This document shows positions 9,688 through 19,805 of a stretch of DNA of 64,000 nt, one piece after another. Location: assembly GCA_964348185.1 (NCBI GenBank), contig CAYGBW010000101.1:994-64993 (forward strand). Direction: 5' to 3'. How positions within the stretch are numbered: position 1 is the stretch's first letter; the number at the start of each line of letters is the position of its first letter. Source of the stretch: an uncultured Thermodesulfobacteriota bacterium. Lineage in GTDB: Bacteria; Desulfobacterota; BSN033; WVXP01. The position numbers and the translations under genes were made by a program. The notes under the pieces were generated by a model. That model saw only the letters and a list, made by a program, of their open reading frames with translations. It did no database searches and was not told where the DNA came from.

Positions 9688-10827
9688 TCAGGTGCACTGG
9701 GTCTTGAGTCTTCTGATCGCCCTCCCTTCGATTTGTCGGACCCTCTCTCGTGAAATGCCAAAACGCCTTCCGATTTCTTGGAGGGTGTAGCTTGTTGGTT
9801 CGCCAATACCGAACCGAAGGCGCAGAATCTGCTCTTCCCTCGGCTTGAGCAATGAGAGGAGATCCCTGGTCCTCTTCGCGAGGTCCATGTTCCTGAGGAG
9901 GTTGTCGTTGTAGCTCATGCTTGCTTCGCTCTCGATCAAACCCTCCAGTTTGCCACCATCATCGCCCACGGGAGTTTCCAAAGAGACCGGCTTCTGCATC
10001 AAATTGAGGGCCTTCAGCACATCTGTCAAGGAAATTCTTGCCTGTTCGGCAATCTCCTCAGCCAAGGGGTCTCTGCCTAAGTTCTTGATCAGTTGGGACT
10101 TCGCCCGGTCAACTCTTCTTCTTGTCTCCAACAGGTGGACAGGAATCCTCACGGTTTTTGATTTGTTAGCCAAGGCTCTCGTTATGGCCTGCCTGATCCA
10201 CCACGACCCATAAGTGCTGAACTTGTATCCCTTGCGATAGTCGTATTTTGTGACGGCCTTCATCAATCCCAGATTTCCTTCTTGAACCAGGTCCAAGAGA
10301 GAGAGGCCACGGTTGACATAAATCCTGGCAATGCGGACAACCAGCCTTAAGTTGGACTGAATCATCTCCGCCTTTGCCGCTTTCACATCGGCCTCTGTTT
10401 TTCTCAGCTCTGACAGGCAATCGCCGAGTTCATTCTCATCACTCCCAGAGTGTTCCCGTAATTTCTCTTGCTCTAGAACGATTTTCCTGATCATTTCCTC
10501 TTTGGAATGCGTTTCGTCTTCCTGTTCCTGCTCGACCCAGTCCCGATAAGGGTTCTGATTGGCTCGGTCGATCTTCTTCAAAAGATCTAAACATTTCAGA
10601 ATGAGTGTGGTCAGCCTCTGCTCACCAAGCTGAATGCGCTCGCCGAGCTCAATCTCCCTCGCCCTTGTGAGGAGTGGAATTTTGACCATCTCCTTGAGAT
10701 ATACCCCGGCGATGTTTTCATCATGATCCCCCACCTCCTTATGGCCATCGGCTCCTTCTTCCCCCTCAGACGTGGTGGGGTCTAGGATTCTTCGTTCCTC
10801 TGAGTCTGCAATATAAAACATGATCAC
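9688..10827 (-). CDS. RpoD-family (sigma-70) RNA polymerase sigma factor
   Basis: Region 2 (YKFSTYGSWWIRQAITRA), region 3 and region 4 (TLQEIGRRFGISRERVRQIE) are all present, and the N-terminus is acidic. Confidence 0.9.
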   Translation of the reverse strand: MIMFYIADSEERRILDPTTSEGEEGADGHKEVGDHDENIAGVYLKEMVKIPLLTRAREIELGERIQLGEQRLTTLILKCLDLLKKIDRANQNPYRDWVEQEQEDETHSKEEMIRKIVLEQEKLREHSGSDENELGDCLSELRKTEADVKAAKAEMIQSNLRLVVRIARIYVNRGLSLLDLVQEGNLGLMKAVTKYDYRKGYKFSTYGSWWIRQAITRALANKSKTVRIPVHLLETRRRVDRAKSQLIKNLGRDPLAEEIAEQARISLTDVLKALNLMQKPVSLETPVGDDGGKLEGLIESEASMSYNDNLLRNMDLAKRTRDLLSLLKPREEQILRLRFGIGEPTSYTLQEIGRRFGISRERVRQIEGRAIRRLKTQCT

Positions 10828-11251
10828 CTCCCGTAGTCCGGCGTCTCTCTGACGCGTCGTAACTCATGGACGTCCGTATTGCTCAGGCGTTATGTTCTCC
10901 TCACACGCTATGGCCGCCGATGCAAAAGATCGTCCTTGCAGCGGGGGCAAGAGTGTGAAACCATTTGTCCCCTATCACCGGGGCGTGTGGGGCTCATCCT
11001 CCCCGGGGAGAATGTGGGCACTTCACAGAGGCGTTCCGATGTCCCAGAGATTATCACTGCCCCCTCCTCTTAATGATTGTAGACGCAGGAAATGAGAAGT
11101 AAATGGGGTAAACCCTGTATTTGGTGAGAAGAAACACTGCATTTTGAGGTCGATTTGATGTGTAGATTCCCTGGGGGAGAAGATCTTGACAACGCCGGTC
11201 CCCCGGGCCTCCCGGGCAAGCCTTTGAGGATCCGATGAGTTGCATATCGGA

Positions 11252-11659
11252 CTAGTCCCCCATTTTGTCTTGACCATTCAGATCGGTCTCCATCCCTGCC
11301 AGGATGGATTCAACCAGTGCCAGAATCTCCTCCCCTGTGGAACGGCCCTTGGAAATAAAATGACTGGCCCCATATTGATACGCTGCGTGTCGATATTCGG
11401 GCAAATCATAGCTGGTGAGGATGATGATAATGATCTTGGGATGGGAAGCCTTTATTTTCTTGGTAAGCTCTAGACCGTTTTCCCCGGGCAATTTAATGTC
11501 CATGAAGATGAGATGGGGCCGGAGGACCTTGACTTTTTGCAGTATGCCCTTTCCGTCAGCGGCTTCCCCAACCTCCATAGAAGGAAATCGCTCGCGTAAA
11601 ATCCCCTTGAGGGATTGTCGAAAGGAAGCGTTGTCCTCAACGATCAAAGTCCTGAACAT
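11252..11659 (-). CDS. stand-alone response-regulator receiver protein
   Basis: 135 aa. It has a CheY-like pattern (VEDN..., LIFMDIKLPG, ILTSY) and no output domain. Confidence 0.85.
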   Translation of the reverse strand: MFRTLIVEDNASFRQSLKGILRERFPSMEVGEAADGKGILQKVKVLRPHLIFMDIKLPGENGLELTKKIKASHPKIIIIILTSYDLPEYRHAAYQYGASHFISKGRSTGEEILALVESILAGMETDLNGQDKMGD

Positions 11660-11810
11660 GCTGAATCATCCGTAAAAGCGATCCTGATTGGGATGGGCTG
11701 GCGCTTCCGAGGGTACATTCTGTAATCTTTTCTTTACTCTTCTCGCAGAGCGTGGTAAATAGGGTGTGTACTGTATTCACAGCCCGGTGAGACTGTATTT
11801 TTGAGTAAGA

Positions 11811-12479
11811 ATGGGGGGAGAAGGATTGAGCAAGCAACGCATCTTGATAGCCGAAGACCATACGATCCTGCGAGAAGGACTGAAGGCGATCCTATCCTCG
11901 AATCCGGATTTTGATATCGTCGGAGAGGCAGAAGATGGCCGTGATGCTATTCGATGGGCCAGTAAACTCATGCCTGACCTTATCTTGATGGACCTTTCCA
12001 TGCCGAGGATGAATGGCATGGAGGCTATCAGAGAGATAAAGAGGCGATGCCCGGCGACAAGGATCTTGGCTTTGACCGTTCACAGGACCGAGGAATACAT
12101 CCTCGCGACCCTGCAGGCGGGTGCGGACGGATATGTCTTGAAGGATGCAACCCAAGCCGAGCTGATGATGGCCATAAACAGTGTTTTGGCTGGGAAGCCC
12201 TATCTTAGCCCTGGAGTTTCTGAAAAGGTGATCGGGGGGTACCTCGAAGGGAGAAAAACTTCGACATCCAGCTCACCGTGGGATACCGTGACCCAGCGAG
12301 AGCGAGAGGTTCTGAAGCTGATTGGCGAGGGGTACAAGAACAAAGAAATTGCCGATTATCTTTGTATCAGTATAAAGACGGTGGAGAAACACCGGGCCAA
12401 TCTCATGAAGAAGTTGGACCTCCACAGTGCTTCGGCCATGACAGCATTTGCCATGGATAAAGGGTTGATTACGCGGTAG
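11811..12479 (+). CDS. NarL/FixJ (LuxR-type) response regulator
   Basis: A receiver domain (ILIAEDH..LILMDLSMP) is joined to a C-terminal LuxR HTH (LTQREREVLKLIGEGYKNKEIADYLCISIKTVEKHR). Confidence 0.9.
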   Translation: MGGEGLSKQRILIAEDHTILREGLKAILSSNPDFDIVGEAEDGRDAIRWASKLMPDLILMDLSMPRMNGMEAIREIKRRCPATRILALTVHRTEEYILATLQAGADGYVLKDATQAELMMAINSVLAGKPYLSPGVSEKVIGGYLEGRKTSTSSSPWDTVTQREREVLKLIGEGYKNKEIADYLCISIKTVEKHRANLMKKLDLHSASAMTAFAMDKGLITR

Positions 12480-12950
12480 GGATCGGTCAGGCCTGATGGA
12501 TGAAGAATAATAGATGAATGGCCGCTTGCAGTCTCTTTTCTGATCCTCCCTCATCTTCATTCCAAAAGACGTGGTCATTGGGCATGGACCGTGGGCCCTT
12601 TTCCTCTAACGGACTCAGTAGACAAAGCCCCACGTGATGGTTCTGTCCCCTCTCTCGTCATGGAGACTGTCAATCCTCTGCTGGCGTTCTCCAGAGAGAC
12701 TATGGTCTCCAAATCGAATCCCTGTCCGTTGTCCTTGACGACCCGTTCGATCCAGCCTGCCCCCGGTCGGTTCTACCCTAATGACAGATACAGGGAGAGA
12801 ACGTTAGGGGAGGGGATGGGATCGGCGAGGCCCTTTGGAACGGTCTTCCATGGGTCGGTATCTCGCTTGATTGTCTTATCGTCACTCTGCTATGGTAACA
12901 CAGGATGTCTCACTCCCTGCAGGAGGATGACGAATTCAGGAGGTTCTGTC

Positions 12951-14474
12951 GTGAAGGCCCTTTTGGAGAAACTACATCTCACGGACGTGAATTCCGGTGC
13001 ATGCACGGGCCAGGACGAATGGATCACGGACCCGAAGGGAGAAGAACTGGTCTCATACAACCCGACAACCGGGGAGCCCATCGCCCGCGTCGTTGAGGCC
13101 ACTCCTGAGGTTTTTCATAAGGTGACCGAGGTAGCGGCGGCAACATTCAAAAAATGGCGTGAAACGCCGGCCACCAAACGCGGCCAGGTGGTACGAGACC
13201 TTGGCAGCGCCCTTCGTGAGTTCAAGGACCCACTCGGTGACCTGATCTGTCTGGAGATGGGCAAGATCAAGGCAGAAGCGCGAGGTGAGGTTCAGGAGAT
13301 GATCGATATCTGCGATTTCGCCGTCGGTCTCTCCCGTCAGCTCTATGGCCTGACGATGCACTCTGAACGGCCGAAGCATCGTCTGTACGAGCAGTGGCAT
13401 CCCCTCGGGGTGGTGGGTGTCATCACGGCCTTCAACTTTCCGGGTGCTGTCTGGTCGTGGAACGCGGCCATTGCATCCGTGTGCGGCGATGTGGTGATCT
13501 GGAAGCCTTCGACCCTCACCCCCCTTACGGCTGTTGCGGTGCAGCATATTACCAACCGGGTGATGGCCGATCATGGGTTCTCTGGCGTATTCACTCTGGT
13601 GGTCGGTCCTGGCGGGGACGTGGGGGATCTCCTGCTCAAAGACAGCCGGGTGGTCCTGGTCTCTTTTACCGGATCGACCCAGGTAGGCCGTCATGTCTCA
13701 CAAACCGTGGTTCAGCGCTTCGGGCGAACCATTCTGGAAATGGGCGGGAACAACGCCGTTATTGTCACCGAGGATGCAGACCTCGACCTTGCGACTCGGG
13801 CGATCCTTTTCAGCGCTGTCGGAACGGCTGGACAGAGGTGTACCACCACCCGTAGAGTCATCGTCCAAGAGGCCATCGCTCAGGATTTGACAGAACGACT
13901 CCTAAAGGCATACCAACAGGTTCGTATAGGCGATCCCCTTGACGAGACGAACCTTATGGGTCCCCTGGTGACAACCGGTGCCGTGGAAGAGATGTTCAAA
14001 GCCCTGGAGCAGGCGATCGCAGAGGGCGGCGAGATCCTCATTGGTGGCAAGAAGCTCCCGGACCTGGGACCGAACTTCGTCGAGCCGACCATTGTGAAAA
14101 TGCCGGCCCAGACTGAGATCGTCAAGCGTGAGACCTTTGCACCGATCCTTTATCTCATTGCATACAAGGGGTTCGAAGAAGCCATCAGACTCAACAACGA
14201 GGTGCCCCAGGGTCTCACGAGTGCTATTTTCACCGAGAGCATGCGCAAGGTCGAAGCCTTTCTTTCAGTAAGTGGCTCGGACTGCGGCATCGCAAACGTC
14301 AACATCGGCACCTCAGGGGCTGAAATCGGGGGTGCCTTCGGCGGAGAGAAGGAGACCGGCGGGGGGAGGGAGTCCGGGTCAGATGCCTGGAAGGGCTACA
14401 TGCGGCGCCAGACGAATACCATCAACTGGTCTGGTGAACTGCCCCTGGCCCAAGGTATCAGGTTCGGCGACTGA
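12951..14474 (+). CDS. ALDH7-type aldehyde dehydrogenase (alpha-aminoadipic-semialdehyde / piperideine-6-carboxylate dehydrogenase-like)
   Basis: Long stretches match what I recall of ALDH7, for example GRESGSDAWK.YMRR, GTAGQRCTT.RR and ELGGNNA. The start is placed at GTG 12951, 7 nt after AGGAGG. ATG 12927 is an alternative. The ORF-track start at 12591 gives an implausible N-terminus. Confidence 0.9.
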   Translation: MKALLEKLHLTDVNSGACTGQDEWITDPKGEELVSYNPTTGEPIARVVEATPEVFHKVTEVAAATFKKWRETPATKRGQVVRDLGSALREFKDPLGDLICLEMGKIKAEARGEVQEMIDICDFAVGLSRQLYGLTMHSERPKHRLYEQWHPLGVVGVITAFNFPGAVWSWNAAIASVCGDVVIWKPSTLTPLTAVAVQHITNRVMADHGFSGVFTLVVGPGGDVGDLLLKDSRVVLVSFTGSTQVGRHVSQTVVQRFGRTILEMGGNNAVIVTEDADLDLATRAILFSAVGTAGQRCTTTRRVIVQEAIAQDLTERLLKAYQQVRIGDPLDETNLMGPLVTTGAVEEMFKALEQAIAEGGEILIGGKKLPDLGPNFVEPTIVKMPAQTEIVKRETFAPILYLIAYKGFEEAIRLNNEVPQGLTSAIFTESMRKVEAFLSVSGSDCGIANVNIGTSGAEIGGAFGGEKETGGGRESGSDAWKGYMRRQTNTINWSGELPLAQGIRFGD

Positions 14475-14744
14475 CAGGGCCAGACGGCTATTCGCCTCGC
14501 CAGGTTGATCGGGGGGCCCTTCCCCTGAACCCTCCCAATGCGCTATGGGACGGACCGGGACCTGGCCTTCTGGCGGCTGGATTCCTTCCTCTTCCCCTAT
14601 CTCGTCTATTTCTCCCCCCTGAAGGGTTGCAGGGCTGGGTGGAACCTGAGATGACGGTTCATTGAAAAAACCGAAAAGGAGAAGATTCAGGAGAAGAAAA
14701 GCACCCAAGAGGGGCAAAAGCCTTTGACCATCTATCGCCGTCAT
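14379..14744 (-). CDS. hypothetical Pro/Glu/Gly-rich protein with signal-peptide-like N-terminus
   Basis: ATG 14744 lies 8 nt after GAAGGTGAG, and the N-terminus is hydrophobic (LLPLLGAFLLLNLLLFGFF). The 3' end overlaps the convergent aldehyde dehydrogenase gene by 96 nt, so the true extent is uncertain. Confidence 0.35.
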   Translation of the reverse strand: MTAIDGQRLLPLLGAFLLLNLLLFGFFNEPSSQVPPSPATLQGGEIDEIGEEEGIQPPEGQVPVRPIAHWEGSGEGPPDQPGEANSRLALSVAEPDTLGQGQFTRPVDGIRLAPHVALPGI

Positions 14745-14923
14745 ATCGAGTCTCACCTTCTTTCTGGCAGACTACTTCCCCCTTCACGATAGGGTAACAC
14801 CGATCTCTGGGGATAGGTGACCCTGTCGATCCCCATTGGGTCATGGGCTGTTGACTCCCTTTGAAACGACTGTTGCTCGAACCCCTCATCCCTGAAGCGC
14901 TTTTCAATCGACTTCGGTTTCTA

Positions 14924-15448
14924 TCATTCGCTTTTTCCAAACCTCTCATAGGAGACGATCTCTTGGAGGGGTTTCCTGTGACTCTTCGGGGTCTCATCAG
15001 GGAATCCGACGGGCATCAGACTACTCACCCTCAAGCGTTTCGGAATCTTCAGAAGTTTCTTGACGGGCCCCTCGGATTTGGTATTCGCGATAAGAATCCA
15101 TGAACACCCCAACCCGAGGCTGTGAGCGGCCAGTGCCATACTCTGATGGGCCAACCATCCTGCCTCCATCCAATGTTGGGAATCCTCCTCGGGATCGGCG
15201 CAAATCACAACCGTGACCGGAGCTTCAACGATTCCCTTGTAATAAACGCTCCTTCCGGCTTCCTCGCTCAGCCTTTTTTTGGTTTCCTCCTCCTGAACCA
15301 CGATGAATTTCCAGGGCTGGGCATTGCTGAAAGATGGCGCCCACCGGCCCGCCTCCAGAATCGCTTCCACTTTCTCCCTCGGAACGGGTTGTTGTCTGAA
15401 CTTCCTAATGGTCCTTCGGTTTAGGATAGCTTTGATGACCTCGTTCAT
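14924..15448 (-). CDS. nitroreductase family protein
   Basis: MNEVIKAILNRRTIRKF...PSFSNAQPWKFIVV is the canonical nitroreductase N-terminus. The ATG at 15448 is preferred to the upstream start. Confidence 0.85.
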   Translation of the reverse strand: MNEVIKAILNRRTIRKFRQQPVPREKVEAILEAGRWAPSFSNAQPWKFIVVQEEETKKRLSEEAGRSVYYKGIVEAPVTVVICADPEEDSQHWMEAGWLAHQSMALAAHSLGLGCSWILIANTKSEGPVKKLLKIPKRLRVSSLMPVGFPDETPKSHRKPLQEIVSYERFGKSE

Positions 15449-15491
15449 TTTTCCCTCCCAAACGATCGATCCCCACAATCCTTAGTGGACG

Positions 15492-16712
15492 TCATACCAC
15501 CGGGCAGATGGGATCGAGGTCCACCGTGTAGTCTTCCCCCTTCAATCCATCGAGGATTTCCTGGATATGATCGAATCCTCTTGTCTCCAGTTCCAGAACG
15601 ACCTTGGAACTTCCAATGGGGATCTCCTTTGAAGTTCGGTCATGGTAGATATGGAGAGTATTGGCTCTCCTTGCAGCGATTGCCCTAGAGAGATTTGCAA
15701 GGGAGCCCGGGGTGTCTCGAAGGGTGACACCGATTCGGATGAGTCGACCTGTCTTTGAGAGACCCTGGCCGATGATGCGGTCGATGAGGTTTACATCGAT
15801 GTTCCCACCACTGATCACCAAAACACAGTTGGATCCCGTGGGTTTCACTCCTCCACCCAACAGGGTGGCGAGGGGAGCCGCACCGGCTCCCTCTGCGACG
15901 ATTCTCTTCCGCTCGATCAGCATGAGTATGGCTGCAGCGATCTCATCCTCCTCGACGGTGACCAATTGGTCGACGTATTTCTGGATGATGGGAAAGGTGA
16001 TTTTTCCAATGCTTTTTACGACAATCCCGTCGGCGATGCTGGGCCCCGGCCTGACAGGAACGATTCTTCCTTCTCTCACGGAGTGAAAGGCCGAAGCGGA
16101 TGCAGCGGCTTCCACCCCAATCACCTGAACTTTGGGATTTTTCTCCTTGACCGCGATCGATATGCCCGAGATGAGGCCCCCACCCCCGACAGGAACGATA
16201 ATGACATCCACTTCGGGAAGCTCGTCCATGATTTCAAGGCCGATAGTCCCCTGACCGGCGATGATATCCTCATCGTCAAAGGGATGGATCATGGTGAAAC
16301 CCGTTTGCTCGAGTTCCCTCGCACGTTCTTCGGCCTCTCCGAAGGATTCTCCATCAAGGATGACCTTTCCCCCATATCCTTTTGTGGCCAGCTGCTTCGA
16401 TATGGGAGCGTGGAGGGGCATGACAATGGTGGCGGGGATACCTTTGTTAGACGCGGCCAAGGCCACCCCCTGGGCGTGATTGCCCGCTGACACAGCGATA
16501 ACCCCTTTTCCCCCCGTAGAGGCTCCCAGTCTTGAGATCTTATAGGAAGCTCCCCGTATCTTAAATGATCCGGCCCTTTGAAGATTCTCCAGCTTTAGAT
16601 AGACCTTTGGACCCACCGTGGCGCTGATCGCGTCGGACAGGAGCAAGGGGGTGGAACGGATTGTTCCTCGGATAGTGTGGCGGGCTCGTTCGATCTCCTT
16701 CAGTCCGATCAT
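15492..16712 (-). CDS. ilvA: threonine ammonia-lyase (threonine dehydratase, short form with one ACT-like domain)
   Basis: It has the PLP-lysine motif SFKIRGA, a glycine loop (VGGGGLISG) and a C-terminal regulatory domain. Confidence 0.9.
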   Translation of the reverse strand: MIGLKEIERARHTIRGTIRSTPLLLSDAISATVGPKVYLKLENLQRAGSFKIRGASYKISRLGASTGGKGVIAVSAGNHAQGVALAASNKGIPATIVMPLHAPISKQLATKGYGGKVILDGESFGEAEERARELEQTGFTMIHPFDDEDIIAGQGTIGLEIMDELPEVDVIIVPVGGGGLISGISIAVKEKNPKVQVIGVEAAASASAFHSVREGRIVPVRPGPSIADGIVVKSIGKITFPIIQKYVDQLVTVEEDEIAAAILMLIERKRIVAEGAGAAPLATLLGGGVKPTGSNCVLVISGGNIDVNLIDRIIGQGLSKTGRLIRIGVTLRDTPGSLANLSRAIAARRANTLHIYHDRTSKEIPIGSSKVVLELETRGFDHIQEILDGLKGEDYTVDLDPICPVV

Positions 16713-16930
16713 TTCCCCTCGTCTTTTGGTCTACCGCCTCTGGCCGGTTCTAACCGGGTTATGAACGGGAGTCTGCCCGTCTCTTCGAAACCCCTTTTCT
16801 CGGTTGGAACGGGCTGAAAACCGCCTATTGGCCAAATTAGCAACATTGTAGATAGCATGTCAAGGTGCTTTTTTGCCGCTCTTGCTGAAACCCGTCGTTG
16901 CTGTGAGAGCCACGATCTGCGGCTACCCAC

Positions 16931-17149
16931 TCGTCACTGAAAAACCCCTCCTGCGCTCTCTGTACAGAATTTTTGACCCGTTCTAAGGCTCGGTCGGATC
17001 TTCCGAACTCGGCCTGGCGGCCTCAGACAGCGGAATCTCGCCCCTTCGGGAGCACTCTCCTTCGGCAAGCTCAGGACAGGCTCTTCGCCAAGACGGGTAG
17101 CCCCAAAAACTCTGTAATGTCCGCTCCAGGGACATTTTTCAGTGACGAC
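16931..17149. repeat. intergenic palindromic element with inverted termini TCGTCACTGAAAAA / TTTTTCAGTGACGA
   Basis: The left end (16931-16944) is the exact reverse complement of 17136-17149. The arms extend imperfectly for about 50 nt (for example TACAGAATTTTTG versus TACAGAGTTTTTG on the reverse complement). The core holds two direct copies of a CTCAG(G)ACAG...TCGCC unit. Confidence 0.5.
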
Positions 17150-17280
17150 CCCCTATTGAGGGTGACCCACGTCTCTCAATATCGAGGGGAGAACTCAGCC
17201 TGTTGACAGAGAGAATCCTTCCTTGATATGGTGCGACCAAGTGACTGAACCACAATGAAGACAATGGCGAGACAAACTCC

Positions 17281-18078
17281 GTGAGGAGTCGCGAGAGGAA
17301 GTTGACGGAACAACCGTTGCGGGACTTGGCGAATCGAGGCAAGGTGGTCTATTTCGGATATCGACCGGTTGCCGAGACTGAGAAGGTGAAATTGGTTCAG
17401 CACCATTTCAATACGGTAGCCGCTAAGTACGATCTCGCAAACACCATCTTGAGCTTTGGCCTCCACCACCTTTGGAAGGGGACTGCCATCGAGATGTTAG
17501 GACTAAAACCAGGGGATCGGGTTATCGATGTGTGCGGTGGAACTGCAGATCTGGCAATATTGGCGGCCAGAGCTGTTGGAGCCTTCGGTCGGGTGACCCT
17601 GTATGATATCAATCGGTCGATGATGGACGCGGGTAAGTCCAAGGTGGCCGAGTCCTCGCTTACGCGGAGAATTATGTACGTCCAAGGGGACGCGGAGCAA
17701 CTCTCCGTCGCAGATCAAACCTTTGACGCGGCTATGGTGGGGTTTGGCATCAGGAATTTGACCCACATGGAACGGGGATTTCAAGAAATGCACCGGGTAT
17801 TGAAACCCGGAGGAAAGCTGATGTGTCTGGAATTCTCGAAACCCACTGCCCCCTGGTTTCGCTGGCTTTATGATCTTTACTCCTTCTCCATCATGCCCTT
17901 GGTGGGCAAGATCCTGGTCGGGTCTTGGGAGGCATATACCTACCTGCCCGAATCGATTCGGATGTTTCCTCTGCCAGAAGAGTTGACCGGTGTTCTGGAG
18001 AGAATCGGATTTTCTCAAGTCACCCAAAAGAAGCTGACCAATGGGATCGCGGTTGTCCATTTGGGGATCAAAACATGA
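17281..18078 (+). CDS. ubiE: demethylmenaquinone / ubiquinone C-methyltransferase
   Basis: It appears collinear with E. coli UbiE as I recall it (YD..N..LSFG.H..WK, VLD.CGGT.DL, VLKPGG.L..LEFSKP, YL.ESIRM.P). The start codon is uncertain (GTG 17281 or TTG 17302). Confidence 0.9.
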   Translation: MRSRERKLTEQPLRDLANRGKVVYFGYRPVAETEKVKLVQHHFNTVAAKYDLANTILSFGLHHLWKGTAIEMLGLKPGDRVIDVCGGTADLAILAARAVGAFGRVTLYDINRSMMDAGKSKVAESSLTRRIMYVQGDAEQLSVADQTFDAAMVGFGIRNLTHMERGFQEMHRVLKPGGKLMCLEFSKPTAPWFRWLYDLYSFSIMPLVGKILVGSWEAYTYLPESIRMFPLPEELTGVLERIGFSQVTQKKLTNGIAVVHLGIKT

Positions 18079-18192
18079 GATCCGGGAGAGAACCCGCCCT
18101 TTAGGGGGTGGTCCAGTGGATTGGGCCTGGATCATGCAGAGTTGGCATCAGGTTATGAGGAACGACCCACTCGATTCACAGAGGCGTTGTCG

Positions 18193-18864
18193 ATGAAGCT
18201 AAACTGGGCCGAGCGGTGGGCAGTCAACAATCCGGTGCGTGTCATGGTCCAGAGCCAATTGATCCGTTGGATGAACAAGGTGAGGGTTCCGGGTCCAGAG
18301 GCCGTGGTCTTGGAGGTCGGGTGCGGCCGGGGTGCGGGGGCCGATCTCCTCCTTAAGCGATTTCAGCCCCGGACCCTTCATGCCCTGGATCTGGACCTCA
18401 AGATGATCCAGCAGGCCAAGAAATACCTCAGCCCGGTGCAAAGAAAAAAGATCTTCTTGTGTGTGGGGGACGTGGAGCACCTCCCATACGGGGACCACGC
18501 TTTGGATGCCGTTTTCAGTTTTGGCGTCTTGCATCATGCGCTTAATTGGCGGGGTGGGCTTGCTGAAATTGCACGAGTCCTAAAACGCGGGGGCATGTAT
18601 TTTTTTGAGGAATTGTATCCTTCTTTCTATCAGAACTTCGTGACAAAGCATGTCTTTCTCCATCCTGAACAGGATCGCTTTGTTAGTCGAGAGTTTAAGG
18701 AAGCCTTAGCAAAGGTTAACCTCGCCCCTTTACGTTGCCTGGAACGTGAGAGGGTAGGTATTCTGGGGATCTACATTAAGAAAATGAACAGCCTAACCTC
18801 GCTCAATAGGGAAGGTCATCAGACCCCCGAGCCAGCCGATAAGGGTCACCAGAGGAATGAATGA
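18193..18864 (+). CDS. class I SAM-dependent methyltransferase
   Basis: It has motif I (VLEVGCGRGAG) and a post-I acidic residue (ALDLD). The ATG at 18193 is preferred. Its 3' end overlaps the convergent gene by 72 nt. Confidence 0.8.
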   Translation: MKLNWAERWAVNNPVRVMVQSQLIRWMNKVRVPGPEAVVLEVGCGRGAGADLLLKRFQPRTLHALDLDLKMIQQAKKYLSPVQRKKIFLCVGDVEHLPYGDHALDAVFSFGVLHHALNWRGGLAEIARVLKRGGMYFFEELYPSFYQNFVTKHVFLHPEQDRFVSREFKEALAKVNLAPLRCLERERVGILGIYIKKMNSLTSLNREGHQTPEPADKGHQRNE

Positions 18865-19518
18865 TAAGACGAGTAAAAAGTAGATAATGCTTGTAGTCCC
18901 ATAAGAGCTTAGAAGATCAGGAGCCGCGAGCCTCCAGACAAAAGCAACGATAGAGGCAGCCATCAAGACAAGGGAGAGCAGTATTTTGATAGTCACAGAC
19001 CTCATGGGCTTTGCCAGGTAGTTCAGCCACCACGTGAAGAGTCCGGTGAGGATGGCGGGAACCATAAAGAGAATTCCACCCCCTAAACAGTGCAGCGCCG
19101 TGATCTCGAAAGGCTTCGTTCCTGTGATAACGTAAAGGATGTTGAAAAGGGGAGCGGAAAAGAGAAACACAATGGGAAAGTGAACGACCGAGGGATGGGG
19201 GTGGCGCCTAAGCATGGGAAAACGGGAAAGCAGATTCGACAAAGCCCTCGGCATGGGCCGGTCTGCGGGTTTTTCGGACTTCAAGAGGCCCTTTTCCGGA
19301 ACGCGCTCCAGAACCTCTGGGCCATGAGGGGCTGCCTCCATGGCCGCAGTGAGGTCTCCCCCGGATTTGTGGCGTTTCATGTGAACACCCCCGGCCCACA
19401 GTTTGCTTTCACTGACATCGTACACCCTCCCCTTGTATGCAACCAAGGAGGGGTTGCCACCCGATCCATTAGACTGTGCAAGTTCCTCTAAAGCAATCTC
19501 TTTTTCTTCGCTGGACAA
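18793..19518 (-). CDS. cytochrome b5-like heme-binding domain fused to a multi-TM (DUF2231-like) membrane domain
   Basis: The N-terminal region (YKGRVYDVSESKLWAGGVHMKRHKSGGDL) resembles b5-like or steroid-binding domains, and the C-terminal half has 4 predicted TM helices. The TTG start is preceded by AAGGAGG. Confidence 0.65.
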   Translation of the reverse strand: MSSEEKEIALEELAQSNGSGGNPSLVAYKGRVYDVSESKLWAGGVHMKRHKSGGDLTAAMEAAPHGPEVLERVPEKGLLKSEKPADRPMPRALSNLLSRFPMLRRHPHPSVVHFPIVFLFSAPLFNILYVITGTKPFEITALHCLGGGILFMVPAILTGLFTWWLNYLAKPMRSVTIKILLSLVLMAASIVAFVWRLAAPDLLSSYGTTSIIYFLLVLSFIPLVTLIGWLGGLMTFPIERG

Positions 19519-19805
19519 ATCCTTCCTCCTTCATCTCTTTTGACGGACAAACTAGCCTTTATTCTAGGCGTACACCTGACTCGCTGCCCACGCACCTGCA
19601 TCATGGGTTTTGACAGCACAGCATACAAGCGCTAACGGCTCAATGCCCGAACCGAAGCCCTTGCCCTTTGCGATGACTCACGATCGTCGAGATCCTTGAG
19701 CTTGTCCTGATGAACAATTCACAGAGACCGAATCCTTTTAAAGTCTAACTCGGCTGCAGTTCCTAGATCAAGTTCCTTACCCAATGCTGACGATCCCCTT
19801 GAATC

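Noticed and set aside
12591-12950. A 120-codon N-terminal extension of the aldehyde dehydrogenase ORF, which would give 627 aa in total.
   Set aside because: The extension does not resemble ALDH N-termini and has an odd composition. Good start sites with AGGAGG lie at 12927 and 12951, and they give the protein length I expect for this family (~510 aa by recollection).
18793-18864. A 72-nt tail-to-tail overlap of the methyltransferase and cytochrome b5-fusion genes, and a similar 96-nt overlap at 14379-14474. Either might indicate a frameshift or misassembly.
   Set aside because: Both partners in each pair have intact, sensible reading frames up to their stops, and neither has a sensible earlier in-frame stop. 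Convergent 3' overlaps occur naturally. I kept this only as a note inside the relevant features.
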